From Marsupella aquatica (Eukaryota > Plantae > Marchantiophyta): DNA of 64,000 nt. How positions within the stretch are numbered: position 1 is the first letter of the stretch; each line of letters begins with the position of its first letter. The notes beneath the pieces were generated by a model that saw nothing but the letters and a program-made list of their open reading frames with translations, did not search any database and was not told the DNA's origin. Shown here in pieces: positions 38,940-53,434 of the stretch. The stretch lies in contig OZ316891.1 of the NCBI GenBank assembly GCA_973895155.1, positions 31,441,112-31,505,111 of the forward strand. Reading direction: 5' to 3'. The position numbers and the translations under genes were made by a program.

Positions 38940-39772
38940 GAGGACTTTTGCGTTTTGGTCTCTCGGCCGCATTTCGCCGACGTGGGTCGGTGAGGTGAGT
39001 CGCATAATTATGCGTGGACGTTGCTGTGCTGCACAGTACATTTTGTAATTCTCTGTCCTCCGGGGATTTTTCAATCGATCCGCGTCGGTTCCTGTCGTTG
39101 CCAAACGGGGACGAGACGGGAAAGGAGCTGCTTGGATCTATTTATCGTAGCACATTTGCGGATGACTCGCAATCGCTGCAATTGGGTTTGTGATTAGTCA
39201 AGAAGTTCGCTAGTTTTGCCGATTTGTAAAGCTTGCTGGTGAGCTGGAGGTTCCCGGTGGTTGGGACGGGGGCGGGGGGAGGGGGGTGGTGGTGGTGGTC
39301 TGTGAGACGAAGAGCGACAGAGACAGGGACGGCGGAGTTGGCACGAGAGAAGGGAGTGCAAAGAGCATTGTGACCTGTTTTGTGATGTGCTTGGTTTGGT
39401 TAGGAGTGTTACTGGAGCAGTCTAGTGGGTGTGCCCCAGATTTGCACAGATTCGAAGGCCATTTTTCCTCTTGTGGTATTTGGGGTTGTGGACGGAAGAC
39501 AGTGAGGTCAGTCCTCTGTGTGTAATTGCGGGCACGGATCATCTGGCTGGCGGCGGTATCCAGAAGGTAGGCTGACCGGGGAGTGGGTTACTGGAGGTTT
39601 GCAGGTGGGGAATTGGGTCATAGAATAGGTCGATAATGGTTGAGTCGCGTTCTGGCAGTGCCGCGGAGGCAGTAAACAAAAAGAACACCATGGGGGAGGC
39701 GGTGCCAGCTACTTGAACTCCCAGGAATATCTGATTACGGGGACAGCAGCGTTCATTGCCTCTCATGTTGCC
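38940..39772 (+). pseudogene. Truncated RHM paralog: 5'UTR intron plus first ~25 codons
   Basis: Collinear with 46305-47100, including the donor ggtgag|gtgagt. The coding start at 39690 reads MGEAVPAT*TPRNI, with a stop and frameshifts, and homology ends after gcctctcatgttgcc. Confidence 0.85.
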
Positions 39773-40459
39773 TTAAATCAAGACAGACAGAGACCTTAAT
39801 AAACTAACAAAGTGGATCACTGAATGTTCATTCCTTTGCGTTTAGAGGAAAACTTTCACTCATGATGAGTTAGAAACACGAACAGATAAATGTAGAGAGG
39901 ATGGTTTCACCTGCTTTCAATCGAAGGATGATCATTCTTTCAATCCCATGTGCACGACAAGGGAAGTATTGGAGCCCGTATGCAAAAACCTCGTCTCCCA
40001 ATCTAAAGAGTAAATTTGGAGGAGGTATCGATTTTTTTTTGGTACATATCAAGCCAATAGCTTCATTTCGCACATAGCATATCTCTTATAACTTATCCAT
40101 CCAGCGAACCTACAAATTGAATCTTCCTCATCATTAAATGTCATCGCTGTCCCCGATTGTTCGTCAGTGAGAGTAACCGAAACACTGCGAATGGCTTTTT
40201 TTGTCCTTTGCTCGCAAAAGTGGTGAATGCATGAAAAGTCCTTCAACCTCGTAAGTGTTTGTCTCAACGCCAAATCACAAAATCTCAGAGTTCCTGTGAC
40301 AAACTGCCATCGCCGAGGCTGCAATAAAACCTCGCGAGAATAATCCCTTTTGAAAGTATGGCTTCGTGAAGCAAACAAAGAAAACTGATTATGTCTGGGC
40401 TACCAGTGAGCACTGTTCACAGTAATTTTCCAGCGAGAGCAACACAGCTTGCTATCTGG

Positions 40460-43400
40460 TCACCAGTAATCACCACAAGAACACATTCCATCTTTAAAAT
40501 GATGAAAGCGATTTGCGTCCCTCGCTATAATCTCGCGTCCTGTCACCTTAGAGATAAACTTTGTAGCTGTATGGCAATCTGGACACACCCGAAGGTTCTT
40601 CCTTACACGAATTGGTTCTTCCCGAGGTATGTGAATAAGTCCGTACGCAATTGCCAACTTCTCACTATGAGAACACAGAGCTAATTCTTTTTCCTCCTCA
40701 TTGATGTCATGCAACACAAACCGGGTATCCGGAATGTAGCCTTCAGCCTTCAGATTTTCAGTCAATTTATTGAGCTCAATATATATCGCCTCCGCTTCCG
40801 GGTGAGATGTATCCCCTACAACAAATTCATGGATCTTCTTGTCTACTTCAATCCAGCTACACCCTGGCTCCTTGCGAACACCTCTCTCTTTCATTATAGT
40901 GCGCACTAATGATACCTTCTCCCACTTGCCAGATGCAGCATAGATGTTGGAGAGGAGCACATATGCGGATGCATCATCGGGTTCCAACTTGAGAAGCTCT
41001 TTGGCAGCAAGTTCGCCCAACTCCACATTACAGTAAGTTCTACAAGCCCCAAGCAAGGCTGTCCAAGTTACGCCATTCGGTTCAACTGGCATATCACTAA
41101 TGAAGCGCTGTGCTTCTTCCAAGTGTCCAGCCCGGCCAAGAAGATCCACCATGCAGGTATAATGCACGATGTCAGGCTGGATGCCATAATCTTGCGTCAT
41201 CGCTAAAAAAAGTTTGCGACCATCATCAACAAGACCTCCATGACAACAGGCTGACAACACTGCTACAAATGTACTCCCGTTGGGCTTAATAAGGTGCGCA
41301 TTCATTTTCTTGAAAAGTTCCAGGGCTTCATGCCCACAACCATGTTGTGCAAGCCCGCCGATCATTATATTCCATGTGACTAGATCGCTTTTCTCCATTC
41401 TGTCAAAAACTAGTCGGGCATCATCTATATTGCCACTCTCTGCATACATATGCACGAGGGCACTGCCAACACGCAAATCCAACTCCAGTCCCGCCTTGCG
41501 AGCATGCCCATGAACCTCCTTCACCCACTCCAAAGCCCCCGCACTTGCAGGTGTATTGAGAATACTCGCATAAGTGAATGCATTTGGTTGGAAGCCTTCC
41601 CGTTTCATTTGGAGAAACAGTCGATACGCTTCATGCCCACATCCATGTTGTGCAAGTGCACCGATCATTACAGTCCATGTGACGACATCTCGATTGGTCA
41701 AATTTTCAAAAACTCGCCTTGCCTCCGTGATGCACCCACACTTTGCATACATCGTAAGGAGGGCAGTCCCTACACGGACATCCGATTGTAAGCCGGCCTG
41801 CCGGATACACACATGAACTTCTTTTCCCCATTTCAGAGCTAATGGGCTGGCGCATGCCTTCAGGATGCTCAAATATGTGATCGCATCCGGCCGCAAACCT
41901 TCTTGGCGCATTTGATTGAAAATTTCAAATGCGGATTCAGCATGATCATACTTTGCATATCCTGCAATCATCTTGGTCCATGTAACAATAGTTTTCTTAT
42001 GAATTTCATCAAAAACTCTGCGCGCATCCAGCAATTCCCCGCATTGGATGTACGTATTCAGGAGGGACCTCGCCACATATGGCTTCTTATCCATTCCGCT
42101 CTGAATGATGCAGTCATGAACCTGCTTGGCCGCTGAAAGGTCTTTCTGCTCCGAACACCTTCTCAGAACATCAACATACATGTACGAGTCGACAGTAATA
42201 CCTCTTTGTAGACGATTTTTCAAAACAGTAATTGCTTGACTCGCGGTACCAGCGCTATGCATGTGCGTACTGCCATTTCCTTGTGCAGCGTCTCCAGACC
42301 AATCTTTGCTGCCATAACTGGCACGAGATTGCAATCTGCCTTGAGCAATCAAATTGAGCCCTGGCCTCATCCCTGATGGAGTTGACCGGCCATCCAACCC
42401 ACGTGCTGTCCTGAGCAGCTCCTCGGTTCTCAGATCTTGTCCTACAGAATTCTCAGTCACCCGTTCTTCGGATGCAGCTAAAGATCGCCCCTCTTCCTCT
42501 TTGGATAGAGGTTTCGGCTCACGCATGTCCTGCACATCGTTCGCTATTATCCTTCTAGTCAAATTCGCTTTTATGTCATCTACTTGTTCGAGTTCCACTT
42601 TCAAGCTGTCAGTGTTCTGTTGACGGGATTCAATCCCACTTATGACTTGATGTGAGCCAATCTTCGATTCCACTCCAGCTTCGACCTGCTTACTGGAATT
42701 CGGATATGAATTGCTAGAAGCAATTCTGTTTGAGCTTCTTGGAAGAGGTTGTTTACCAAGCATGTAGCTCACTCCACACCCTGGACCAGGTCGCACACTA
42801 TTTGGACTTGGGGCTTGCTGATCAGATGTCCACTTTTCCGCTCTCCGTGACCTTCTATGCTCTGCGATAGTGCTGACTGTGTGTACTGGCTCAGGACCTG
42901 CTTTCGAACCCAGCGGGACAACTTCCTTCGTTGAGGATGAAGTACTTTGCTCTAAATTTCCAGGACCATTCAAGACCCGGGTCTTGCTCTGATCTAAGGT
43001 CGCGGAAGGGAATTGGGGCTCAAGTGCGGTGGGGAGCTGGGTGACTAGTGAGGGAAAAGTTCCTGGGGATGGATGAGATTCGTCCAACGGTACATTCAAA
43101 TGCTGCACATCGACAGTTCTCTTCGGTTTTCTGGTGGGATACAAGTTGAATGCGTCCATGTGCTTTTCCTTTGGCCATGGCCCCAGCTGTTTCAGCACTT
43201 TGATATGTCCATGAAGAGAAGATGGGACATGCTTCACACAAAAACTTCCATTTTGTAATTCATTATCCAGGAGAAGCACCTGCCGCCGCTGATTCCTGAA
43301 AAAATGCAGTTCACAAGTTAAAGGGTGGAAAATCGCGGGCAATGCTCCACAATCTCAAGGAATGTGTGCATTGCGACGCTTTTTCGAGAATCGGAGCGTG

Positions 43401-43938
43401 GGGAAGGGAAGGGAAGGGAAGGGAGGGGAAGGGAAGGGAAGCAATCCTCCATCGAATTCACAGGACCCAACCTAACAGATTTATTCCGAGAAGCCAACGT
43501 CGGATTAATTTGAAGTACCTCTCAAAGTCCCAGTGAATAACAATAAGCGAAGGATTAGAACAGAGGCCCAGATACAGATTTAAACGTGTGCGGACAGCTT
43601 CCAAGTCAAGCAAAAGTCCGAGATATAAAATCTAAACGAAGATCAAAACAAGAACAAAATAATGTGTATATACGTAAAGAAACAGAGAAACTAAACAAGA
43701 ACGGACAAAAATGAAATGTAGGTAAGAACCTTGGGATCCACCTGATGGTATGCGAGGAACTCTGGCGAACCCGTCGACAGGGCTGGAAGTGGGAAGAGAG
43801 GATGGTGGAGCAAGAGGTGGAGGCAGAGGAGAGGTGCGGTGCCTGATGCCGTGACAGAATTAGGCTGCTCCCTATCATCACTTTACTCATAGCAACCCCG
43901 CTCCTCCACACTTCCCTAAGTATCCCCGCTCTCGACAT
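40460..43938 (-). CDS. PLS-class PPR-E1-E2-DYW protein (organellar C-to-U editing factor), paralog 1
   Basis: Exon 1 at 43938-43730 encodes an R/S-rich targeting peptide and splices in frame to 43295-40460. It has 11 PLS motifs, PG box PGCSWIE, HSEKLA, CPDCH and terminal CSCGDYW. Confidence 0.92.
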
Positions 43939-45617
43939 TTTTCCCTACTCACGCTCCCCGTACTCCCTCTTACTTCAGCTGGATCCCCATTTCCCCATCA
44001 CCTAGTCCAATCCGCCACAACGCAACCCAATATAGCGTAATCCAATTCTACGTATCCAATCCAATGCGTGTCGGGTCGCGTTGGCTAGCTCGATCTCCCG
44101 CTCGCCTTTGTCGACGACTAATGATAAAACCCCACATCGTTCCTTCAGTCAGACCGTTAAACCCTAAGCCACCTACTCCTCTCAGACATGTGACGACTTG
44201 CCTTACTACAGCTCAACTGCTACATCCGCGGCCATTTTGTCTCTTCGCCTTCGCCCACCTACGCTGCGGCTGCTCTACATGAACTTCCAACAAGGTGTTT
44301 GCGGTAGCTATAGAAGTGAGGAGGAGGAACTCTGCTAAGCTTGCAGTGTGAAATCGTGCTCTGTGACTTCTATTTGCTCGCACAAACCTCGCTGTGTCGC
44401 TTGGAATTGTGCTAGGCTAAGCCAAGCTAAGTGAGCCGAGCGGAGCCATCCCAATCCCAGCTGCAATTCGACAGGGGATTGACTGCCTATCTCAAATCCC
44501 AGCTGCGATTCGACAGCGGATTGACTGCCTCTGTTGTCCGCAATCCTCCGGCACTCCCGTCGCCTTTCAGCGGTTTTTTCTGTTCCTGCCTCGTTGTTAC
44601 TGTGTTGGGTACATAGAAATTTGGTCCCGTTCGTCTGCAACCGCAAGAGCTCTGGCCATACGGTCTTTCCCCCGCACATTGCACCATCGTGCAGTACTGG
44701 AGTTTCCTTAAAAGGTGATGATCTGAAAAGTTGCAAAAATAATTGGACCTCCTTCATTATAACGAGACTAAGGGCCTTGTAGAACCTAAACGTTTGACAA
44801 AAAAACTCAAAGCTTGGATTGACAAAGCCAACAATATGGACACAAGAGTACTGGCAAGACGTTTGTGTTAGTACACTCAGTCCGATCAAACGCATCTCTT
44901 GTCAAAAGGGCACTTTCTAATGAAAGCAGAAGATTTAGTAATGAAATCATGAGATTGGCTGAAGTTATGTACAAGACGACTGACCCTGTCTCAATACAAG
45001 ACAAGGCACCTAATGTATAGGATAATGATGGTCTGGGCATAGGGTAGCCTGTGACCAGAGAGTGTAGGAAAAGCTGACTGGCGGGAGCTAAGCTGACTGG
45101 CGGGATCTTTGTGAACAAGGTTCAGATCTAGAACCCCAGCCCAGACTGTCATTATAGTAAGTAAACATGGAAGCTTTTGTGAACAAGGGTCAGACCTAGA
45201 ACCCCAGCCCAGACCGTCACTATAGTAAGTAAATATGGTACAGGAAAATGTCACCAATCATGACTTTCCTGGCAGGAGATTATGGAAATAACATGGACCT
45301 CCAAAAATGGTTATACAATAATAACCTTTCTTCTGTTCCAAATTTATGTCCCCCCCCCCCCTAAAACTTGCAAACCCTCACCAACAATGAGAAAATCATG
45401 TCCTGATAAAAGACTGTGGCTTTGCGGGCCTTGTTGAGTTGTGGGACACTGGGACTCCATTTGGGGTCCCACGAAGGAAAGTTTCAAAGAGAGCCCAAGG
45501 GAAAGAGAATTTGAGGAGATAACCCCAGCCTTGGGGGGCAATGCTAGAATTATACATTAAAGAATCTAACTATATAATCTGAAGAGAAGCTAGAATAAAG
45601 TCTAGACAGTGACTATG

Positions 45618-45957
45618 GTAGCCAAGTGGAGCAGGAAGGTGTCAAATGAAATGAGCTTCTTTTTGTTCTCACCGGTTATTCATGTCCACAGGACGGACAC
45701 TGGGCTAGTAGGGTGCAATGTGACTCGAGCCAAGAGGAGCAGGAAGGTGTGAAATGACATGAGCTTCTTCTTGTTCTCACCAATTATTGATGTCCACAGG
45801 ACGGACACTGGGCTAGAGGGGGACACTGGGCTAGAGGGGTGCAAATGTGACTGTAGCCAAGAGGAGCAGGAAGGTGTGAAATGGACATGAGATTCTTTTT
45901 GTTCTCACCAATTACTGATGTCCAAAGGACGGGCATTAGGCTAGTGGGGTGCAATGA
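45618..45957. repeat. Three-copy tandem repeat (~110-130 bp unit) upstream of RHM
   Basis: agccaag.ggagcaggaaggtgt.aaatg...ttgttctcacc...tgtcca.aggacgg repeated three times. Confidence 0.8.
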
Positions 45958-47026
45958 AGTATTATCGGTGCTCTCAACATGCAACACGAGCAATTATTGA
46001 GACTCTGGTTGAGATCGTGGGGCAGCTGTGGTTTCCCAAAGTCGGACGACACAGTCAGGCGTCAGCGCTGTACTTAGTAGTGTATTCTCCTCGAGTCCTC
46101 CCGTCCCCTCTCCTCTGTTGAGCCCTGCTCGTCTCTTCTCTTCTGTTCTCTTCTCTTCCTTGCTGTCGATCTGCGGAGGAAGCCCTTCTCCTTCTTCCTG
46201 CCACTGAAATCGATATCGCTGCTTCATTCCCTCGACGGTGGAGGAGTGTGTCATTCAACAAACCGTTGCGGGCAGGTGTGCACATTCACAGAACCTTTGA
46301 AATGTCGAGATTTTTCGCGATTGCTCTCTTGGCAGCATTTCCCCGACATGTGTCGGTGAGGTGAGTCGCATAATTATGCGTGGACGTTGCCGTAGTGCGC
46401 CGTACATCTGTAATTCTCTATTCTCCGGAAATTTTTCAATCCATCCGCGTCGGTTCCTATGGTCACCAAAAGGGGAAGAGAGCGGAGTGGAATTGTTTGG
46501 ATTATCGTAGCATATTTGCAGATAAGGATTGCGGCTGATGACTTGAAATTCCTGCAATTGGGTTTCTGATTAGTCAAAGAGTCGCTATTTTTGCGGATCT
46601 GAAGGTGAGCTGGAGGTGGGGGGTCTGAGAAACGAAGAAGAGACAAGGACGACTAGGTTGTCGTGGGAGGAGGGATTGAAAAGAGCATTGTGACCTGTGT
46701 TGTGATGTGCTTGGTTTGGTTAGGATTGTCACTGGATAAGTATAGTGGGTGTGCCCCACATTTGCGCAGATTTCAAGGCCATTTTGTCGTAATTCTTCCT
46801 CATGTGGGGTTTTCCGTTGTGGATGGGGGACATTGAGGACATTGTTTCTCTGCTTGTGCAACTGCATTCACGGATCATCTGGCTTGCGGTGGTATCCATC
46901 GATCAGGAGGTAGGCTGATCGGGGAGTCGTTGATTGGAGGTTTGCAGGTGGGGCATTGGATCATAGAACAGGTATTGTAGTGGAGTCTCGTCGTGGCACT
47001 GCCGCGGAGGACAACAAAAGGTCGCC

Positions 47027-49307
47027 ATGGGATCCTACACGTACACTCCCAGGAATATCCTGATTACGGGAGCAGCAGGGTTCATTGCCTCTCATGTGGC
47101 CAATCGGCTGGTCCGCAAGTATCCGCATTACAAAATTGTGGTGCTGGACAAGTTGGACTACTGCTCCAACTTGAAGAATCTCAACCCGTCCAAGGCCTCG
47201 AAGAACTTCAAGTTCGTGAAAGGTGACATTGGTAGTGCTGATCTGGTTAATTACTTGCTCATCACCGAGGGCATTGACACGATCATGCACTTTGCTGCCC
47301 AGACGCATGTGGACAACTCTTTCGGGAACAGTTTCGAGTTCACCAAGAACAACATCTATGGCACCCACGTACTGCTTGAGGCTTGCAAGGTCACAGGAAT
47401 CATCCGTCGCTTCATCCATGTCAGTACCGATGAGGTCTACGGAGAAACGGAAGCAGATGCCATCGTGGGCAATCATGAGGCCTCGCAGCTGCTGCCCACC
47501 AATCCGTACTCGGCCACCAAAGCAGGGGCTGAAATGCTCGTGATGGCTTATGGAAGGTCATACGGACTTCCGTTCATCACCACCCGAGGGAACAATGTCT
47601 ACGGGCCCAACCAATTTCCCGAGAAGCTGATTCCCAAGTTCATTCTGCTCGCCATGCAGGGGAAGAAGCTTCCAATCCATGGTGACGGAGGGAACGTGAG
47701 GAGTTATCTGTATTGTGAAGATGTCGCTGAGGCCTTCGAATGCGTGCTGCACAAGGGCGAGGTTGGCCATGTGTACAATATTGGTACGAAGAAGGAGAGA
47801 CGGGTGTTGGACGTGGCTACAGATATCTGCAATCTGTTCAATATCAATGCGGATGACGTAATCCAGTTTGTTGACAACAGGCCGTTTAACGATCAGCGAT
47901 ACTTCTTGGACGACGCCAAGCTGAACGAGCTGGGGTGGCAGGAACGCGTCTCATGGGTTGAAGGGTTGAAGAAGACTATGGAGTGGTACATTAGCAACCC
48001 GGATTGGTGGGGAGATGTGTCTGGAGCTCTGTTGCCCCACCCCAGAATGCTGGCTATGGCAGGAGAGGACAAGATTTCGGAGTTTCAGAAGAATCCTCCC
48101 AACGAAGAGGGGATTCATGCAAATGGAAATGGTGGACTCCACACCATTGCCAAAAGCACCAGTGGGATGGTGGTTCCCTCCAAGGTTGCTCATGTGCTTC
48201 AGAAGCCTGCATACAAGTTCTTGATCTATGGCAAGACCGGATGGATTGGGGGCTTGCTGGGTGACATTTTGAAAAAGCAGGGCATTGATTATGTTTATGG
48301 ATCTGCTCGGCTAGAGAATCGGGGGCAAGTTGAGGACGACATTGCGAGTGCCAAGCCCACTCATGTTTTCAATGCCGCTGGCGTGACTGGCCGCCCGAAT
48401 GTGGACTGGTGTGAAAGCCATAAGACTGAGACCATTAGAGCAAATGTTGTCGGTGTTTTGACTCTGGCGGATGTCTGCAAGCAGCATTGCCTTTTGCTGG
48501 TGAATTATGCTACTGGTTGCATTTTTGAGTACGAGGCTGCTCATCCTGAGGGAAGTGGCGTCGGATTCAAGGAGGAAGACACCCCCAACTTTTTTGGTTC
48601 CTTCTACTCGAAGACCAAGGCGATGGTATTGTTTCCTTCGGATCTTCCTTCTGTTCTCAATACCGTCAATTTCGTTATCATTTCCGAAGGATATTGCCAA
48701 GTCCAAATTTTGTGTATAAGGCAAGTGTTCGTCAGCTCACGTGGTTTGAATGTAAGGGATCAGAATGGGTCTTCTGAGTATATGTGGGTCCAGACATCTG
48801 CAATTGGCTGGGGACTAACTGATCTCGTCGATCGTTTTGAATGTGTGGCAGGTCGAGGATCTATTGAAGAACTATGACAATGTATGCACTCTTCGAGTCC
48901 GGATGCCTATCACCTCAGATTTAAAGACCCCTCGCAACTTTATCACGAAGATCACGAAATACGATAAGGTTGTCAACATTCCAAACAGCATGACCGTTCT
49001 CGACGAGTTGTTGCCCATTTCGATAGAAATGGCGAAGAGAAACCTGAGGGGCATCTGGAACTTTACAAACCCAGGGGTCATTAGCCACAACGAAATCCTG
49101 GAAATGTATCGTGAGTATATCGATCCATCGTTCAAGTACACCAATTTTAGTCTTGAGGAGCAGGCCAAGGTGATTGTTGCTGCTCGGAGCAACAATGAGA
49201 TGGATGCCACCAAGCTGAAGAAGGAATTCCCGGAGCTGATGCCCATCAAGGAGTCTTTGATCAAAGTTGTATTCGAGCCTAACAGACAGACACCCGTGAG
49301 GAAGTAG
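47027..49307 (+). CDS. RHM: Trifunctional UDP-L-rhamnose synthase (UDP-Glc 4,6-dehydratase / 3,5-epimerase / 4-reductase)
   Basis: Exons 47027-48625 and 48852-49307 give 684 aa. Motifs ITGAAGFIASH, HFAAQTHVDNSFGNS, YSATK, GKTGWIGG, YSKTK and LRVRMPI. A 5'UTR intron donor lies at ~46361. Confidence 0.96.
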
Positions 49308-51940
49308 ACCTCTGCATTGTTAGTCAACACCTGAGTTATGATTGAATGTTGAGAGCATTATTATGTAGGGCTCTGGCATCGTCGAGCCATTGTTTTGCTG
49401 GGAAATCACCACAGCGGTCAATTTGGCTTCACTTGCGATTCTTTAAATGTTTATAAGCTATTGTTTATAAGCTATAAAATAAGTTGGTTAGACACTATTC
49501 TTTACATGCTTATATGTGAGATGGGTTTGGCTAATTTGAAGGAACGTTCTTTCAGCTTATTCCGTAAATGCCCATTCACAAATTACATGAAGGCTCAGCC
49601 TGGGTCCACATTGAGTATAAGTACACGAACATCTGATGTATCCTCTTGATGGACACCTTTGCTGGAATGCTGGCATGATTGGCCCATATAAAACTTTTGT
49701 TAGAGTTTGCCACTCTCGACACTTTTGTATCGGATGTTCTTGTAACAGTTCGTATAATGTGTTCTGCTAGATACTATAATGGGAGCCTTACTCTGTAAAC
49801 TACGGTGAACCGTGATCACAATGCGCTTGAACCACGAACTGCGTGGTCTACAGGCGATGAGATGAAGTGTGGAACATCGGCTGCCCGGCTGAACTACAAT
49901 GTCAATTGTAATTTGAAATGCCAAACGAAGACAATATCATAAATGCTTTATGGTTCTATAACTCCTGCTAGAAGATAATGATTCATTTGACAAATGCGGG
50001 TTTCATGAGATCTGCAGGATTTTGAGGGTACTGCCAGATTCCAATGTGTATCGCGAGGAGTACCACTCAAGGAACTCCAGGACTCTGTCAACTAAGGAGG
50101 AGGACCAGATTCTGGATCTTTGGCGTCCGGGATGTCTTTGAGGTGTACATTCCTGATCATGACAGACAGCCACTAGCGGACCGAGCCTCGCATGGATGGA
50201 GTGGGAGATATGTTCAGAACTTGACCAACATATTGGATGAGAAAAGTCCTGAACAAGGTACGGATGGCATTTTCCATGTGTTTTTGGACACTTAAACCTG
50301 CTATTTTTTTCTCTCTCCTTTCTCCCTTTGTTTATCTTGTAAGCTGTAGTCTTTATTGACTGTAGAGGCGCTCGAGTGAAGGCCTAAGCAATTGTCATTT
50401 CATGTCCTTTCTCGCTTTCTTTATCTTGAAAGATGTAGTCTCTGTCGAACTCCAATGAAGCCTACTTCGTCATTTGAAGACGTTGTCCATTTTGTCTTCA
50501 CGCTTTTTATTGCAATGTTCCTGGTAGTGGAAGCGGAGGCGACTCAAATTCACGTGGGCTAGGATTTCAGAATTTGGAAGAGTTGGTCGTTGGTTGGATT
50601 TTTTATTTTGTCATGCGTGGTCGTGTGGTGTCTAGATTGAAGACATTTCAGAATTTCAAACGCGAGTTCGATTTAGCAAATGTGTGAGCATTTTCTAGTA
50701 AATGATCTGATTACAAATTAAGTGCTGACATGACATGCAATTTCATGTTACCATTTCATGTTTGTCTTCAAAAACAAAGTTCCATAGTCCTCTGCTAGGC
50801 TCCAATGTCACGTCACCACTTGACTAGCAGTCAAGTTGCTTCCTGGAAAATGCTTGCATTTGTTAAATTTGTGAACATATATATATGAAAATTGTTAAAT
50901 GTTTTAAATCTAGACACCACATAACCATGATTGTAGCCCATGAATCCAGGCAACCATCTAATTCTTCAAACTTTTTGAATGTAGAGTGGTAGCCCCAATA
51001 ACCCCATGGTAGACTGTCTTACATGCAATTGGGATAGTACTTGATGAACCATGGTGTGGAGCCTGCTGTGGACATTGCAAATAGGCACCACACAAGTACT
51101 GTTTGTGCGGAGTCTTCAAAAGGGGTCCAAGTTAACCCTCTGAGGATTTGGACTATGAACAGAAACTTTCCACAGTCAGTGCACTTAGAAACATGCCAGA
51201 GAGACCTAAACAGACAGTGCACATAGAAAAGGCCCTAAACCCTAAACTCCATCTTTGGCAGTTGTAGTTGTAATTCCTAATCTGTTCCCCAACTATAATA
51301 ATTTGTAACTTGCACCCGGTTTAGCGTATGGGTGAACGTAGTTCGATTAGGCTGAGCTAAGGTGACACTTGGTTTGTAAAGCCTTGGCAGAGCCTCATTG
51401 GTTCCCTTGCAAAACGCCAGTGTCCGGTGCCATCCATGTGCCACCTGACCATGCATTTTAAATATCCAGCCCCTTAGAAAACTGTCTAGTGTTCAGAAAA
51501 ACAATGTTGGGCTTACAAAAAACAGTCATGTATACACTGCCCACACCCTGCCTTACACAGGGTGAGGCAAATATCCTTCTCATGCCTCATCTATATGGCC
51601 GCATTGACACATAATATGTGTGAATACCTCTCAAAGCCTATATTTTCTTGCTTCACCTCCACCATCTTTGTCTCGCCTTGACATCTATGCATTGCCTAAC
51701 CATCATTTCAACACTCAAAATCTATTTTTGCCTCAACATTTTTTTGCCTCAATGTCTTTGCCATCTCTTGATATCATTTTTCGCTAAAAACATATTTCTG
51801 TGCATCTTTTCTTGCCTTCATATCTTTGCCTTGTCTCGAGATCTTTTTGTTTCCTCAACATCTCTTTCTCACCTCAATATATTTTCTCTCATTCACAATC
51901 TTTTTTCATCTCAAAATCTATTCTTCACCTGGACACTTCT

Positions 51941-53000
51941 TGTTAGGAATTGACTCGAATTCCCGACTTTAGCTAGTTTGGCTTTACTAAGATCAATTAA
52001 TTCTTGATTATATTAGGATAAGATCTGTTTAGATTAGGCCCACAAGTCTTGTCTCCCCTCTTTGAGGGACATACGTTAAGTGATAACATTCCTTCCCCCA
52101 TTTTTCACATGTATTTTCTCATGACTTATGGATCTTTCAAGAGTGTCTCCACCGTGGTGTGTTGTTGGTGTAATGTGAGATGTTCCACATTTGATGTCAA
52201 GTCTGAGCGACAATTTCTTACACTTATGTGCAACGCACTAGCATTGAGCTAGTGCAATATAATGTTCTGCGCCACCCGATCTTGCTCCCGAATCCGATAG
52301 GCCATGTGTTCTTCACTCAGCCATTAGCAATTCCGGAAACTAACTTACCATTCAGGCGAGTCTCAAGAAAGAGCTCAACTCTGTGCTGCCCCAAGTGAAA
52401 GCGGGAGTGAAAGACCAGAAGTCTCATGTCAATCATCGGCATTGCACCTATCATCAATGCACTAATGCTGCCAACATAGACCACTGAAAATCTTGAGAAA
52501 TCTGCAGGCCGCAATGCAAAAGAAGCCTCTTGCCAGAGAAACCAAAGCACTTGCAATCCTATTATGCTTCAATCTGTAGTAAGCAAAGTACTTCCCAAAT
52601 CTAACTCACTTGCAAACAGCACAAACCACTGAGCCTGCATAAGGCAATGTAGTTTACAAAGCAAAGGGCGAGTTATATTCTCAAAAGTAGATTCTGCACC
52701 CAGGCCCCACCAAAGAGGAAGATCAGCACCCCTGAGTGGCCAAATTTGAACAAAACCCTGCTCTGATGCATCCCACAGATTGCTTGTCCCCTCCTGATCT
52801 TGGAACTTTAAAATGCCAAAAACCAGCCAGAATTGAGAGAGAAGTGTCGATCCTCCCAAGCTCATTCTCAGTTCCACCTTCCCAAGCTCCACATAGCGCA
52901 TCTCTCCCCCGTAAACAATCATGGTTGATGTTTTGCCAAACATTTTTTTCCCTACAAAGTACTGGTTTAGTGGAGTCATGGTTGCTTGGCCAACAATGTC
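51941..53000 (-). mobile_element. Highly degenerate Copia remnant
   Basis: TG...CA LTR-like segment at 51941-52044 next to a minus-strand PPT (gaggggagac). The ORF at 52569-52979 resembles a decayed Copia protease region. Confidence 0.5.
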
Positions 53001-53311
53001 TTAGGGTGGCTTTACAAGAACTTGGGGGCAGTAATTCCTTTTTTTTCTAAGTGAGAGATGCAATCCTAGCCATTCATATGTGGGAACTGGCTACATGAAC
53101 TTGGGGGCACAATCAAGAAAAAAATCACCCAACCTAGTCATGTGTCAATGGGCCCCTTGTGGGTCCCTTTTTTTGTTGCTAATGTGTGCAAGCTTTTTTG
53201 TCATAAACTTAGACCTCCTCTTGAGATGGTCTAAAAACCTGGAGCAAACTGACTCTTATTTTGAGGGAATTGCATTGATTATTTCCAAACCTGATAGAAT
53301 TTGGCTCAGGC

Positions 53312-53434
53312 ATTTTAACTTTTGTGAAAGGAAAGGGCCATCAATTTTAACTTTTGTGAAAGGAAATGGCCATCAAAGCTTTGTGAAAGGAAAGGGCCAT
53401 CAATTTTAACTTTTGTGAAAGGAAATGGCCATCA
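53312..53434. repeat. ~30-bp tandem repeat, four copies
   Basis: (aattttaactt)ttgtgaaaggaaa(g/t)ggccatc repeated. Confidence 0.85.

Noticed and set aside
45618-45957. CRISPR-like array (also considered for 53312-53434)
   Set aside because: These are simple head-to-tail tandem repeats without unique spacers, in a eukaryotic context with no cas genes.
48626-48877. C-terminal extension of the 616-aa RHM ORF
   Set aside because: It is read-through into the intron (donor ATG|GTATTG). The true C-terminus is in the exon at 48852-49307.
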